A stretch of 64,000 nucleotides of DNA from Salisapilia sapeloensis CBS 127946 (lineage: Eukaryota > Protista > Oomycota), in contig JAADVB010000064.1 in NCBI GenBank assembly GCA_023334545.1, positions 16,411 through 80,410 of the forward strand, given 5' to 3'. The translations under genes were made by a program, and so were the position numbers. Under the pieces are notes generated by a model, which was not told the DNA's origin, made no database searches, and saw nothing but the letters and a program-made list of their open reading frames with translations. How positions within the stretch are numbered: the stretch's first letter is position 1; each line of letters begins with the position of its first letter. Positions 34,169-46,250 of this stretch are shown here, in pieces.

Positions 34169-35731
34169 ATGGAACGGAAGATGCAAGCCGGACCGTTTTC
34201 ATCCATTGAGCTTCTGCAGGAAGACAAGGACCAATACAAGGCCATCGTGCTTGCCGTCATCTATGACACCTTGCTCAGATACAATCAATACCAACAAGCA
34301 GGTTCCGTCGTGAACAAGTTCGAATGGAAACACTTTTACTCGCAAAGTGGCATGGAGTTTTACTCGGAACGGAACTCGGTCTTAAGAGAAAAACGACGAA
34401 AATACTCGGCAGATAAGGTCGCCTACGCTCCCGTCCAAGTGCTTGGATTGACAAACTATACGGGCGACCTGGACTCGGTCATGTTCGGCATGAACCGGCA
34501 TGACATCGCAGCGAACTTACAAGTCTACAGAAACGGTGAAACGGACATTAAATGCATTCAACGCCTCGCAGTAGTCGAAAGCCCAACCGTAGAGCAGCCG
34601 TATCGTTCTACTGGGCTCTATTGGCTCTTAAAGTACATTCCGTACCAGCCAAGTGCGATCGTGAAGCCGCGTGACCTGTTCGTCGTGATTTCCACTGGTA
34701 TGCTCCTGTTAGAAGATGGCGAGCGACTAGGTTACTACGTCGCCCACTCCGTCTCTTACCCAGGCACAGAGATTATCTCTTGCAATAACGCCGTCCGAGC
34801 ACGGATGTCCCATTGCACGCTCTTCCGACAAACGAGTGAGAACAACGTTCAGTCCTATAGCATTGCGTACCAAGAAGGCAATGGTCGCATCTTGGACAAA
34901 ATCGTCGCTTTTACTGGTGCTGATGCACTCCGGGTCGTTTGTGGTCCGCTGATCTCAGCACAGGAAAAGAAGATTCTCTGGGCTATTCGACGTCATAACT
35001 ACGTCCAAGGGAGAAAGACAACAACTGATGCTAGCGATAAGGAGATCAAGAGCGGGGAGTGCCAGATCTGTCAAAGGTCGTTGTCTACGTTCCGCAAGGC
35101 CAAGATGTGCAATGTATGTGATGCGTACGCGTGCTCTAGTTGTATAGCCTCCCGTGATATAGCCGCTCACGTACCTCCCCGTTCCTTGCGCACGATTAAA
35201 ACTTACGTGTGCAAGCATTGCGTCATAAGAATAAATCATGAGAGCGCATACCAAGTGGCATGTGCAGAAATCTTGGCCGGCAGGTTCGATGAAAGCCGCG
35301 AAGAATGCGGCTTCGACTGGCCGGACTTTGAAAACTTTGATGAAGGACTTGTACCGGAGAGACGCACATGTGCTGGTGAGGACGTGATAAAGATCATTAG
35401 CGCGACAGAAAGAGCTAGCGAAGCCTTGACGCTCAGTATGGGCGGCTCACCAAAACACACCACATCTACCCTATATGGAGGAATGTCGAGTACTTCGTCG
35501 GACAGTGGATTCTCTTCATCATCGATGAGTGGGTTCTCTTCATCGTTTTCAAGTGGATCGTTTTCATCGTCGATGAGTGGATCATTTTCCAATCTCATGG
35601 AAGACATGCTGAGTGCTATGAACATGCCAGGTACTACAAATACCGAAATGGAAAAATCGCAGGAAGTCTGGGATGAAATGACCCAGTACTTCGTATCGCA
35701 AGCGAAAGGACGCTTTCGCAGTCAGACGTAG
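34169..35731 (+). CDS. START-like domain + FYVE-like zinc finger protein (paralogue of 30093..31634)
   Basis: First ATG at 34169; GDLDSVMFG, VKPRDL, GYYVAHSV; CQIC...CNVC...CSSC...CKHC; Ser-rich tail. Confidence 0.88.
   Translation: MERKMQAGPFSSIELLQEDKDQYKAIVLAVIYDTLLRYNQYQQAGSVVNKFEWKHFYSQSGMEFYSERNSVLREKRRKYSADKVAYAPVQVLGLTNYTGDLDSVMFGMNRHDIAANLQVYRNGETDIKCIQRLAVVESPTVEQPYRSTGLYWLLKYIPYQPSAIVKPRDLFVVISTGMLLLEDGERLGYYVAHSVSYPGTEIISCNNAVRARMSHCTLFRQTSENNVQSYSIAYQEGNGRILDKIVAFTGADALRVVCGPLISAQEKKILWAIRRHNYVQGRKTTTDASDKEIKSGECQICQRSLSTFRKAKMCNVCDAYACSSCIASRDIAAHVPPRSLRTIKTYVCKHCVIRINHESAYQVACAEILAGRFDESREECGFDWPDFENFDEGLVPERRTCAGEDVIKIISATERASEALTLSMGGSPKHTTSTLYGGMSSTSSDSGFSSSSMSGFSSSFSSGSFSSSMSGSFSNLMEDMLSAMNMPGTTNTEMEKSQEVWDEMTQYFVSQAKGRFRSQT
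35504..35599 (+). repeat. Four diverged 24-bp in-frame repeats encoding SGFSSSSM/SGFSSSFS/SGSFSSSM/SGSFSNLM
   Basis: AGTGG recurs at 35504, 35528, 35552 and 35576. Confidence 0.85.
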
Positions 35732-37588
35732 TCTCCAGTACTTTCGATGGACAAAATAGTATGGACAGGGTTTCATGGAAATCAAAATGAATAAGCGAAT
35801 TGCTGTAAGTTGTCTTTATATTTCTGATGTACTAGGAAATCATGGATGTAAACAAGAGCTGCATAAGTTTATCGTACACGACCAAAGTACCTCTTAGCTT
35901 CGGTAAAAAGAAATTCTTGGATCCATGACCAAATGGACACGATAACTACGTGACCTGGATATAAGAAGCAATGCCCTCCGTGAAAAGAATATCCATATTT
36001 TTTAGCCCGAATGCCTGTCGTTATACTTTGCTCACATAGAAGCCACTGGCCAGATAAGTTAAAGTAGAGTAGTTGTAAACAGATCGAGGATATGAATTGC
36101 CACTAAATCGGTCGACGAGGTAGAGCAAATACATTCGTCACGATATACTTTTTATCTTAGCATGTTTTAAGCAGCGAGATTGGTAGCAATTCAAAAATCA
36201 AGCCGTGGCGAGAACGCGACCTTGCGTAGGTTTGCCCTAAGTCAAAGTCGACACCCCTGAGGAACATAGCACGGTGGTATATGAAGGCGGTGTACTAGAT
36301 AAATATAAAAGCACTAATCTTAGAACTATTTCCGCATTGTGCAGCTTGCTGGTATACAAACTGAAAACAAGGCTTGTACCAGGCCCAATAGATACGAACG
36401 CGATCAAATGCTTCTCTTCGCTATGTACATACTACGTATGCGCATTCGTTGGAAAAGCGCTACCTGTCTTGTTCTTGTCATTAGATCCAGATCCTAGCCG
36501 ATCATCCGGATCATGACATCAGTGCTCATCGTGCAGCTCCTATCTTGGATGCTACCCGAACTGTTATTTGTGCATGCAAAGATTGGACTGCTAAACTACG
36601 ATGCAACTCCAAATCCGTCCGTACAACACATTATACATGCTTAGAAGTATGAGGTGACAACATTAGCTATCAAAGCTTCCACAGGTGGTGGGTAAGCGTG
36701 AATAAAGCAGCAGCGTGCGCTGATTTCTTGAGAAATCTAAGTGTTTAACCACTACTGCGATAATCGACTTCTTTTGCTTCGCGCGTAGATCTGGATCGTT
36801 CCAATCCATAAACTGCAGCCGACATGAAGATGTGATCGGTTTCAAGTGGCTACGGACCGTACACGAGACGGTGCAAACTGACTAATGGTACCACTGTTTA
36901 GACACAAACTTTTCGTCAGTGACAATCACTCTGTCATTGTCGAGCTGCTTTGTTGGTCGTTCGTCGAAAGCACACAAGCTCCATCATAATCTAGTAGCTG
37001 AGGGATAAACACGAATGAGGTGTTTAAAGTACAAAAGGGCCGCTTGTACAAGGTTTGATAAGTAATATACCATCAGAAACAGAGAACTGTATATGGTATT
37101 TCTCCTCCATCATCTCCCTCGTTAAAATTTGCAAATGCAGAAATGAAATCAAAATCAGTTTTAATGTAACACTCCTTCAGTATAGAATTCTCCCACTTCC
37201 CTGTTGTACTTCTTTACAAATCTTATCATAGTAAATTTCGTGAAGGTTATGGTAAGTTGGACCAAAAAAAGTATATTACTGCGGAACTTCTTATCATGGA
37301 CCTGCTATCCAATCATCCTATTCACGCGAACCGACATTGTATCAGCAATTTAAAACACCCGCGTGGTTGGCCAGCTTGGATTACCATTATAATTATACCA
37401 AACATGGCTCGTCGACGCCAATAAGCACGCTTCCAGCTTAAAGACTGTCTTCCATCATCCAATCTCCAACCAACACAGTGTTTATAGAGTTTACTTTCCT
37501 GTAGTGGTAAACAAATAAACCGAAAGCTCTTGCTGCCTTCAAAATACTTTAAACAACCAAAAACTCTTCACTACGCAGTTTCTACGGA

Positions 37589-40500
37589 TTAAAAGATATC
37601 TTTGAAGACTTCGTTCGCTACCTGCTCCCAAGTTTCCATCTGGTGCACTTGAGGATAGTAGTGGCACATGGATTGAACTGCTCGGCTCGGATGCAGCAGC
37701 AAAACTCGAAGCAGTCGTTGTCTTTGCTCACCCGGTGATCTGGCTATATCCAGTTTCAAGTATTCTTGCCAGTAGGTCGATGACATCACCTTCTTCCACA
37801 GCTCTGCGTCACCATGCTACAAGAGAGATAGTAAGTACACCCTATTTCTTCATGATACAGTATGAAACTTACCAGAGCAGAGAAAAACACCGGAATGAGA
37901 TCAAAGATCGGATCCCCGCTCTTGCTGTCTGCCAAGTCGATGATTTTACAAGGTGTCCACTGCACGTCTTCCACGATAAATTCTTCTTCTTCTGTATTCG
38001 TTTCGTCATCCGAGTCGGAATCATCCTCGGATTCAGACTCCAATGGCTCACCTGACAACCTCCCAAGTACGTTCTCATCGGTCAAATCACCATGCAAAAA
38101 GGTTGGTTTCTTTTGCTGATAAAAGGTCGGCAACAAGTGCTGGATGACGTCATCCTCTGTCGGATTCGGCAAAAATTGTTCCAAGTTACCAAGCAAAGCG
38201 CCTGGCAGTACGTTCATGTTCATGTGAAAGGCAAGACTACGTCGCAACTGACGCACGAAGTAGTCGACGTACCACTCCCATTCTGCTTTCGAGTGTCCAT
38301 ACAAACCTTCGCCAGTCACACGAATAGATGCTAGCGATGGGAAAACGGATTGCCCATAGAAATTGGCCAATTGATGCCAGCTAGAAGCGCCCATGCCTTT
38401 CTTCCTGTTTAGAAGATGACGCAATCCGACGTCCTCTTTGTCAAAGTCCAGGACAAGGTACGGCCACCGCCATCCCAATTCGTTGGACGACGGATAGACT
38501 GTCGTATATGGATCCAAGACACCTATGCCGAGACATTTCGGAAACATTGGAGATTGACAAGTCGCTTCATAACCACCCACCTCCGTTCGATACGGTTCTT
38601 CCATTGCCGTTCGAAGTGCAACTTGATGCTTTAGATCTTGAACTTCGATCGTCGACCGTTTCTGTTTCTTGCTTTTGCGTTTCGTGGCGTCATCCAAGGA
38701 AGGAAACAAATACTCTTGGAGGTCAAATTCCCCATAGCCAGTATTGTACATACTGTAGAATTTAACCAAGAACTTATCGTCCACGACGTAAACAGGATTT
38801 GCTCGAGACGTCATGGACTTGACTCGACTACTTTTTACTTTGTTGCCGCCTAGATGATGCTTTTTGCTGATCCGACGAAGCGCATCGATCCAGTAGTCGG
38901 CAATATGGAACGTGTCCGTGTACATAGACTCTTGCATGAACCCTTCGTGAAGAGGCGTCTGGACACAGTCCATTACCTGCAAGATATCTTTCCGATGCCG
39001 CATCTTTCTACAAAAGTGACGAAGAAACTCCAGCTCCTGATGACGTACCATATCTTCGCCAAATCGCCATAGATTCGTATGATCCACAAAGTTCTGTGTA
39101 ACTGCTACAGTTTCGTCTAGATTGAGCACCATGTGCCACCACCCGCTAGGCACGTAGATCGTTTCCCCCGGACCCTGGATAACTTCATACGGCTTATCAG
39201 AGGGCTGAAGGGTCGGATAGATCTCAAGGTACCAGAGCAATGACGTCATGTCCAGAGCGGAATAATCTTCAGAGTTACCCTTTACATACTGCTTGTTTCC
39301 TGGTGGAGGATGGTCTGGCGGATACAAGGCCCATCGCTTGTGACCGCTGATGAGCGAGTTCCACGCGGATGTACCTGATGGATCTGTATGCCACGGAGCA
39401 CCAGAGCGCTGTGGGCCGATGACCACCCAACGAAAATCTGGTCGGCTCGGTTTCTTCACGTCCGACGCTTCAGTTTCTATAGAGTCATCGATCGTAGAAA
39501 GAAAATCTTCGGGAAATATTTGAAGTGAGTTGACGTTGTACTCGCTTAACATTTCCGGAAACTTTTCTCCAAAGCGAGGGTCGAAGATGTACAGCGGTGT
39601 CTCATCGTTTTGAGCTCGAGCGTAGTGAAAGTAATTGCTAAAATGCATATGTGTGGACTTTTCTGCATTCCGAAAATCAAGGTTATGCGTCAGTCGGAGC
39701 ATCTTGTCAGAATGGGCGCGGGTAGCCAGATTTGCCAACGTCCACTGTATGATATAGAGTAAGCTTAAAACGCTATCTATACGTGCAAAAACAAACGTAC
39801 GTTTTGCATCGCTGGCCATTGATCAATGGCGTTCTGGAGAATAAAGGGAACCCGCGCATATCGCCTATTAGCCAGCATGAGATGTGTTTGAGTCAGGTCG
39901 CTACACCATGCTTACGAGTAAAAAGCAGTTGCATCGAAATTCTGTACGTCGATGCGGGCAAGTCGCTTATCACCGATCTGAGTAAAGTCTGCCAAGTCCA
40001 TGTGACAACGTATCCAACGGCGGTATAAGAAATCTGATGCGAAGGAACGCATGGGTTTCACGGTTGTCAGCCTCCCATAGTCCACGTGCAAAGGTAGCTC
40101 GCCGGTAGGAAAAAATGTCGCAGCTCTCCAGGAGCCACGAAAAGTAAAGTTGCCGTTATGTAACCTCAGGCAATGCGCCATCCAAAGTGGCTCTTCCCTC
40201 GAGAAGACATAGAGCACTGGGTTCATGTCAGTTTGGGGGCAATATAAAGCCAGAATCATGCTTGCTACCTGAATTGACTTGAGACACTGTTAGCAAGTCA
40301 CGTTCGTCCAGAAAGAGTGTCCAATAAGCAATGAGTTCGTCTTGCAGGCGTGCAAAGGCGCTCCCTTGCAACGATGGCTGCATCCTGGATCTAAATTTGT
40401 TTATGTTGTTTTCGTACTTTAATGAAATGGCATCTGGAGGTAGACGTAGACTGGCAAATGACGAATTGGGGTACATTAGTTTGCAAAGGTCCATGCTGAT

Positions 40501-40644
40501 TCGATTTCGCAGGTATCCGCCTGCTTTGCAAATTCGGCCTATCAGGGAAAGCCGCTCGTCATCGATGATGGGCATGTTTACCCAATCAGAACGCGTGCAC
40601 GTCACTTGAGTTTTGTATGGGGGTGGTAGAGACCGTCGTTTCAT
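37589..40644 (-). CDS. F-box + JmjC (JMJD6-like) + aminoglycoside-phosphotransferase/choline-kinase-like domain protein, 5 exons, ~946 aa
   Basis: Exons 40644-40269, 40216-39916, 39864-39801, 39744-37873, 37816-37589 sum to 2841 nt. F-box-like FARLQDELIAY...EEPLW; JmjC WHTDP...KRW...GWWHMVLN; kinase-like LHGDLTDENV and IIDLAD. Confidence 0.92.
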
Positions 40645-40734
40645 GGCATTTGGAAATTGTCTCCAACGAAAGTACCTAGAGGCGCAGGTACGAACATACA
40701 AACAAATCGCTGCTCCGATTAAAATAGAGTGTCC

Positions 40735-41913
40735 ATGATCGATTCTCGGATGCAAATATCTGCAATTTGCGGGTCAGCGGAAGACCACTCGCCTTCAATG
40801 AGCTCATCATACTCTACCTTCACGCTGGCACCCGCGGCATCGACACCGACATCGATCCCCCGACAGACGACGAGCGATCCTTCCAATACAGAAACTAGGT
40901 CACAACCATCACTCCCGAGCATCCGAGAGCTCCCCGCGTGGAACGTGCCTCCATCGTCGCTCGACCCGCGTCTCCCGCCCGCACCCACGCTATCCGTACC
41001 AGGCCGAGCCCAACCCTTGCAGCAATTTTCTCCACCGAAATTTTCCATTCGCCATATTGTGAATGACGCGCAGGAGGTTGCTCCAACTGGTGCAACATCT
41101 TCTTCACTGGCTTTACCGCCGTCCGGGGACTCTAGGTCCGCGAAGAATGAGAGCAAGGCCGCCAAGTCCAAGCGCAAGAACCGCAAGATGTCCAACAGTG
41201 AGCGTGGGAAACTATATCGTTCCCGTCGAAAAAGCTATGTTCAGACGCTGGAGCAGCAGGTGGAGCGACTTCGCGATGAAGTCGCTGGCCTGCAACTTCA
41301 ACGCACGCAGTCCACCTCTTCTCAAGTGCCGCGAGACGTTGACGTCTTCTCCTCGGCACTTGCAAAGACAGTCCACGAGTACTTTAAAGTGTTCGAGCAC
41401 GGTGTCACAGTATTCCGTAACAATGCCTCGATCCATCATTTTGACGTCGTCACCAGCAACAGACAAGCTTCTTTCCTGCAGACACTCGTGTCTCCAGACT
41501 TGTTTCACAATAGCAGCATCGGCATCCAGAACCTCCTTCTCCAGTGGGAACGCTACTGCATGTTCCACCGGAACCTCGTGTACAAAATGAACAATTTGCG
41601 TATTATCCCAGGGAGCCCAGAGCCTGCTGTCGTTGCACGCGCCGGGCTCATGGTTGAGTACACCATTGATACCATCCGTAACCTGTTTCCGCATGTGATG
41701 GAGGATCCGGAGCTGACGCAAGATCTCGTCGGCTTGCAGGTGGAGTACGAAGTGGACAATTGGTTCTTCTTTGGGGAAGACGGCCGAATCGTTCGTTTCA
41801 TCACGGATGTCGGCTTATCGAACGGTCTAGTACGAGCTTTGGGGAGCATCCAAAAAGCGCTGCATGTGGTCGATGGGGCTAAGTACGCGAGCGATGGCAC
41901 TATCCAAGTTTAA
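40735..41913 (+). CDS. bZIP transcription factor, oomycete type with C-terminal conserved domain
   Basis: Basic region SNSERGKLYRSRRK (N-x7-R) followed by heptad leucines LEQQVERLRDEVAGL; Pro/Ser-rich N-terminus. First ATG at 40735, though a downstream ATG is possible. Confidence 0.88.
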   Translation: MIDSRMQISAICGSAEDHSPSMSSSYSTFTLAPAASTPTSIPRQTTSDPSNTETRSQPSLPSIRELPAWNVPPSSLDPRLPPAPTLSVPGRAQPLQQFSPPKFSIRHIVNDAQEVAPTGATSSSLALPPSGDSRSAKNESKAAKSKRKNRKMSNSERGKLYRSRRKSYVQTLEQQVERLRDEVAGLQLQRTQSTSSQVPRDVDVFSSALAKTVHEYFKVFEHGVTVFRNNASIHHFDVVTSNRQASFLQTLVSPDLFHNSSIGIQNLLLQWERYCMFHRNLVYKMNNLRIIPGSPEPAVVARAGLMVEYTIDTIRNLFPHVMEDPELTQDLVGLQVEYEVDNWFFFGEDGRIVRFITDVGLSNGLVRALGSIQKALHVVDGAKYASDGTIQV

Positions 41914-42856
41914 CTTGTTTCGAAAGAGACATACCCTTGTCCATGTACAAAAGAAATACACCAAATATACTTTTTTCGTCAGTGTTAGCTTCCGGCATCA
42001 TCCTTGTCTGACGCATATCCGGGGTATAAAGCCGTTGTCCATAAATGATACGAAGGCAAGCATATTTTCCTTTTGTTAATGGCTTGTATGCCCGCTAGAT
42101 ATGGAAAAATCTTGTTCGCGGTCTATAGCTACAAGTTGAGTACAGATCTATAGCACCGTCATGAACTCTGTTGTTAGGTGTGGAGGATCTTCATGGCGAT
42201 CCGTGGCTACTGCATTTAGATAGTGCCTTGAAAGTAACTTCAAGAGCGATAGTCTTTGTCCAGCATTTGAGCTGATTTATATTCGATGGGACAAGTGGTA
42301 GAGTAAAATCTTGGAAGAAATATTAAAAAGGAGAGGAAAGACAAATGCGGATGCTATGTCATGTATGTAATTAATACTCACCAGACCTGCTTGAAAAGAA
42401 GCAATAGAGATAAAGTTTTAAACGCATCATCTCTACCGAGACCATTTACGTAAAAATAGCTTGTGGTTGGTTGCTCGTGTCAACAAAAGAAATTTTTCGA
42501 TCGCGTATAAAAAGCTGTAGCGGCGGAAACGCGAATGAAATCGGGGGCAGAGATCATGAAAATGTTGCTCGAAGCAGAAGACAACAAGTCGATAGGACCA
42601 AACGCCGCGATCCGTATGCATCAGCCAATGTAATGATCACCTGTATTTTGAAGCAACTTCTATAAACATCAATGAACTCGGCTTGATTTGGTCCGTAAAA
42701 CCGTATTGCATCCGTCCGAAAAATGTGATGCTATTAAATATGAGAGGCATAGTCGGGTCGAATAAAAGGATGTGCCGGACAGTTCCCGGTATCTCGCTGT
42801 AAACTGGCTTGTAGGCTTCATTCCTGTCATCATCGGAAGACCGTCACAAGATCGCA

Positions 42857-44184
42857 ATGAGCACGACATCGACAGCCGCAGAAGAAGAAAAGAAAGAGGC
42901 ACAGAAGCTCAAGCGTAATGAACGTGACCGCCGACTTAGCCAGCTCAAACGCGTACGTTTCTACTAGCTCCAATACCTAGTCGTGCACCATTGCATTGAC
43001 CCTTGAATATGGGTCTTTCTTCATGAACAGCAATGGCTTCTAATAATGCATGTACCCAAGTTACTCAGTAACAAATGTAGGACAAGATGAAACAGATGAG
43101 GCAACAAGTCAAGGCCTTGGAGCAGCAGAAAGCCAAACTTTTAAGTGATGCCTCGTCCGTTAACAACCAGACAGACGAAGACAGCGCGTCCGGTTCACCA
43201 GTCGCACACAATCTTTCTACCCAAACGTTGCTTTTCGATGAAGATTTACAAGAACGGAAACGTCAGTTTGTAGCGTTGACGGATGAATTGGAATCCTTGC
43301 GAAAGGAAAACGCAGATCTAACGCATCAATTGCGTCAGGTCGACCGTTTCTATGGCTCTATCCAAGCATTCTTGTTCGAATTCAACCCGGAATTGGCACA
43401 GACACAACCTGAAGATGAGGATGATGACATTTATGCACCACAGCTCACGACAGCTGAGAAACGTCAGCAAGTGTATGCCAACTTCACTCCGCTCGATCCA
43501 GAGCAAATCACTGTGTTCGCGAACCAAGCCATCCACTCCGTCATCAATGCCCGTTTACGCCATGAAAGAAACTACGAGTGCGACAGCAGTTACCAACAGG
43601 TACATGTTTTTGGATTCAACGTGTCCAAGCGTCGAGATGGCGCAGCCTTCACTTTTAGTATCAAGAAGCACCTGCCAATGGCGCCGTATGAATCGACTGC
43701 TTTTTGTATGTGGCAGGTGCTCATGAACCACTCGCTCATGACACGACTGCTACCGCCGCTACTTTCTTGCGAGTTCCGCGTATTGCAGCAACTTGGGGAC
43801 AACCTCTGGATTATCGATCGTCGAACTGTGGACAAGCAGCGGCAGAGACTCGGAGATACCAAGTACGCGATCCGAACAATCTACCTCTTATCCAGGGTCG
43901 AATTCGAAAGCTCAGATAAAGTTCTTTTCATCATGAAAACGCTCGACTTTCTCAACGGTGGGAATGTCACGCTAGAGCCGGAAGAGCTGTGGGCACATAA
44001 CTTTTACTGGTATTGGGTGGAACGTAGCGACGACCCTCGTGGCGGGTCCAACGTTGAGTTTGGGGGAAGCGTTCGATATGTTGCCGATCGAGAGGACATT
44101 GCCATCAGTTGGATGGCAGAGCTGGTATGCATTGCCGTTCGGTGGGAATCAACGTTTGTGTCCCCCATTCTCCTACAACAGTAA
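42857..44184 (+). CDS. Basic region + coiled coil + START/SRPBCC-like domain protein, 2 exons, 399 aa
   Basis: Exon 42857-42952 (MSTTSTAAEEEKKEAQKLKRNERDRRLSQLKR), intron 42953-43080, exon 43081-44184 with coiled coils and C-terminal VFGFNVSK...EFGGS...WESTFV pattern. Confidence 0.82.
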
Positions 44185-44298
44185 GACAGCCTCTCCCTTT
44201 TCTTTCCTAGTGTCAAAAGCTCAATAAAAAACGCTTTTTTCTATGTCGAATGTATGAAAAAGGATGAAAGACTTGATTTGTGTTCGTAGATCTATCCA

Positions 44299-44751
44299 TT
44301 AATAGACTTTCTGGACTGCTTTCGCCTGGTCCACGAGCTCCTGCACGAGCTCCGATGCACTGTCATTCTCTTTCGAGGCTTTGCTGTTGGTCGTAATGAG
44401 TAAGCAGCTCGTCGGTCGCTTCGACAATGCGCTCGCACCCAGGTCTGCTTTGGACGGTGTGAAGACGTACGGGATGTTGTTGTCTTCGCAAAGCACAGGC
44501 AGGTGAGCGATAACGTCAATAGGACTAATGTCTCCAGCGATGATGCACACGCCCTTCTCTTTCTTCCGAATGGCCTTGACGACCTCTTTCACGCCTCGTC
44601 GAATCACCTTTTTGTTGGCCTTGGACGTCTTCTTCACATTCTTGTACACACGCTTGGTAAGCTTCTTGCTCGCAAGAGGCTGGGAGATGGTCGAGACGTG
44701 CTTAATACGCTCTTCGTATTCTACAGAGGACGATTTCTTGCTCTCAGACAT
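44299..44751 (-). CDS. NHP2: H/ACA snoRNP subunit 2 (L7Ae family)
   Basis: ISQPLASKKLTKR, RRGVKEVVKAIRK, AGDISPIDVIAHLPVLCED, PSKADLGAS..KRPTSC. Start placed at 44751; an upstream in-frame ATG exists at 44826. Confidence 0.95.
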   Translation of the reverse strand: MSESKKSSSVEYEERIKHVSTISQPLASKKLTKRVYKNVKKTSKANKKVIRRGVKEVVKAIRKKEKGVCIIAGDISPIDVIAHLPVLCEDNNIPYVFTPSKADLGASALSKRPTSCLLITTNSKASKENDSASELVQELVDQAKAVQKVY

Positions 44752-45371
44752 GCTGGATGAACTTGTGCTTTTTACTTGTCCAAACTTATTGTCTATGAAT
44801 GGAGCAGACGGAGGCTTCGAACGCATACAAAAACTAAATCAATCGTTGTACCGATAATGTACCCTTGAAGGGTCTATGAACTTTAGTCGAGTCTTTCGAA
44901 CCCGCCCACATGTAGAAACATTTTCAACTAGGAAACTCATGCTGCGTTTTGTACTCGCTCGTGTCTTTCGACTATGCGATAGAAATTCTTTTGTCTTAGT
45001 CGACCATAGAGGTAGCTTTATGCAATGAGGCACCCTGTTACCATGAACTGAAAAATTAGAAGACGAATACTAAACCGATGCATTACCCTACGGAATGTTT
45101 GGTTAGACCAAGGCCGTCGAGCAAGTAGCATGGAGAAAGTAGCACTAGAGACGTGTACTTGTGTCATTCGAGCCTTACCTACTAGTCAATATACCTAATA
45201 CGGATTTCATATCTCTCTACACAAGTATTAAATTGATTCCGTTTTCAACAACTACAAAGATAAATAAGTCATTTCTTCACAGAATTTCAAAACGCTTGCA
45301 TTGTTTTCATATCCTCTTCATAAGACTCTCCCAAGCAGCCTAAGAGAACAACTAGCCAAAAGCCTTCAACC

Positions 45372-46154
45372 TTAGTTGATGATTCCGTCGATCCAGCTAC
45401 GGACGTAAGAGATACGAGAGTAGACACCCGGGTATCCGGCCCTGCCGCATCCAGTTCCCCACGAGACAACACCGATCTGGACGTCGTCGCTGTTGACGAG
45501 GGGTCCGCCAGAGTCACCCTGGCAAGAGTCCTCACCACGGACGCCACCAGCGCAGACCATCGTATCGTCAATGCGAAGTCGGCGAGAGCATTCCGAGTTG
45601 CTCAAAACCTCCACATCAACACCGAGTAGAACGCTCGATTGGCTGCCACCCTCAGAAGTGTCACCCCAGCCCATGACCGTAGCATCCTCACCAGGACGAA
45701 TATCGCGGTCGTTTGCAGCGGCAAGCTTTACCGGCTGGATGGTGCTAGAGCCATCCAACTCCAGAAGCATAAAGTCATACGAGTTGCCGCTGGAGCTGTA
45801 GTACGGGTGGATGTTCTTGCGCCTCACACGGAAGCGTTGGCCACCGGAGCCATCAAGGTAGTGGGAGCCCACCGTCACGTAGTTCGAGTAGGAAGCACAG
45901 TGAGCAGCACTAAGCACATAATTGGGAGCAACGAGCGATCCGCCGCACACATAGCTACCACCGTTGGTGTAACTGACGCCAGTGACGAACTTGTTCGTTC
46001 CCCTTGGAATCTCCGAGCCGCCAAGGATCAGAGGGTTGAAGAGGGGCGCCTCAGGGTCCAAAGCCATGTACTCGGTGTAGTTGAGCGGCTGGTCGGCGGC
46101 CATGGCGGTGCCGGCAACAAGAGCAGAGAGGAGTAGAGAGGATGCGCTGACCAT
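45372..46154 (-). CDS. Secreted trypsin-like serine protease (S1A), intact triad
   Basis: Signal peptide MVSASSLLLSALVAGTAMA; mature ILGG; LSAAHC, YDFML, DSCQGDSGGP with S1 Asp; 260 aa, intronless. Confidence 0.97.
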   Translation of the reverse strand: MVSASSLLLSALVAGTAMAADQPLNYTEYMALDPEAPLFNPLILGGSEIPRGTNKFVTGVSYTNGGSYVCGGSLVAPNYVLSAAHCASYSNYVTVGSHYLDGSGGQRFRVRRKNIHPYYSSSGNSYDFMLLELDGSSTIQPVKLAAANDRDIRPGEDATVMGWGDTSEGGSQSSVLLGVDVEVLSNSECSRRLRIDDTMVCAGGVRGEDSCQGDSGGPLVNSDDVQIGVVSWGTGCGRAGYPGVYSRISYVRSWIDGIIN

Positions 46155-46229
46155 TGTTGCTGGAACTAGGTGACTTGGGTGGTTGGATGCAAGTTGCAAA
46201 GTGAGAGATAGATCGAGGGGTTTTGGATG

Positions 46230-46250
46230 AGACCTGTGTCGGGAAACCAG
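46230..46250 (-). promoter_or_regulatory. Conserved 21-bp upstream element of trypsin copy 1 (CTGGTTTCCCGACACAGGTCT)
   Basis: 18/21 identical to 47656-47676; both end 76 nt before their ATG. Confidence 0.6.
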
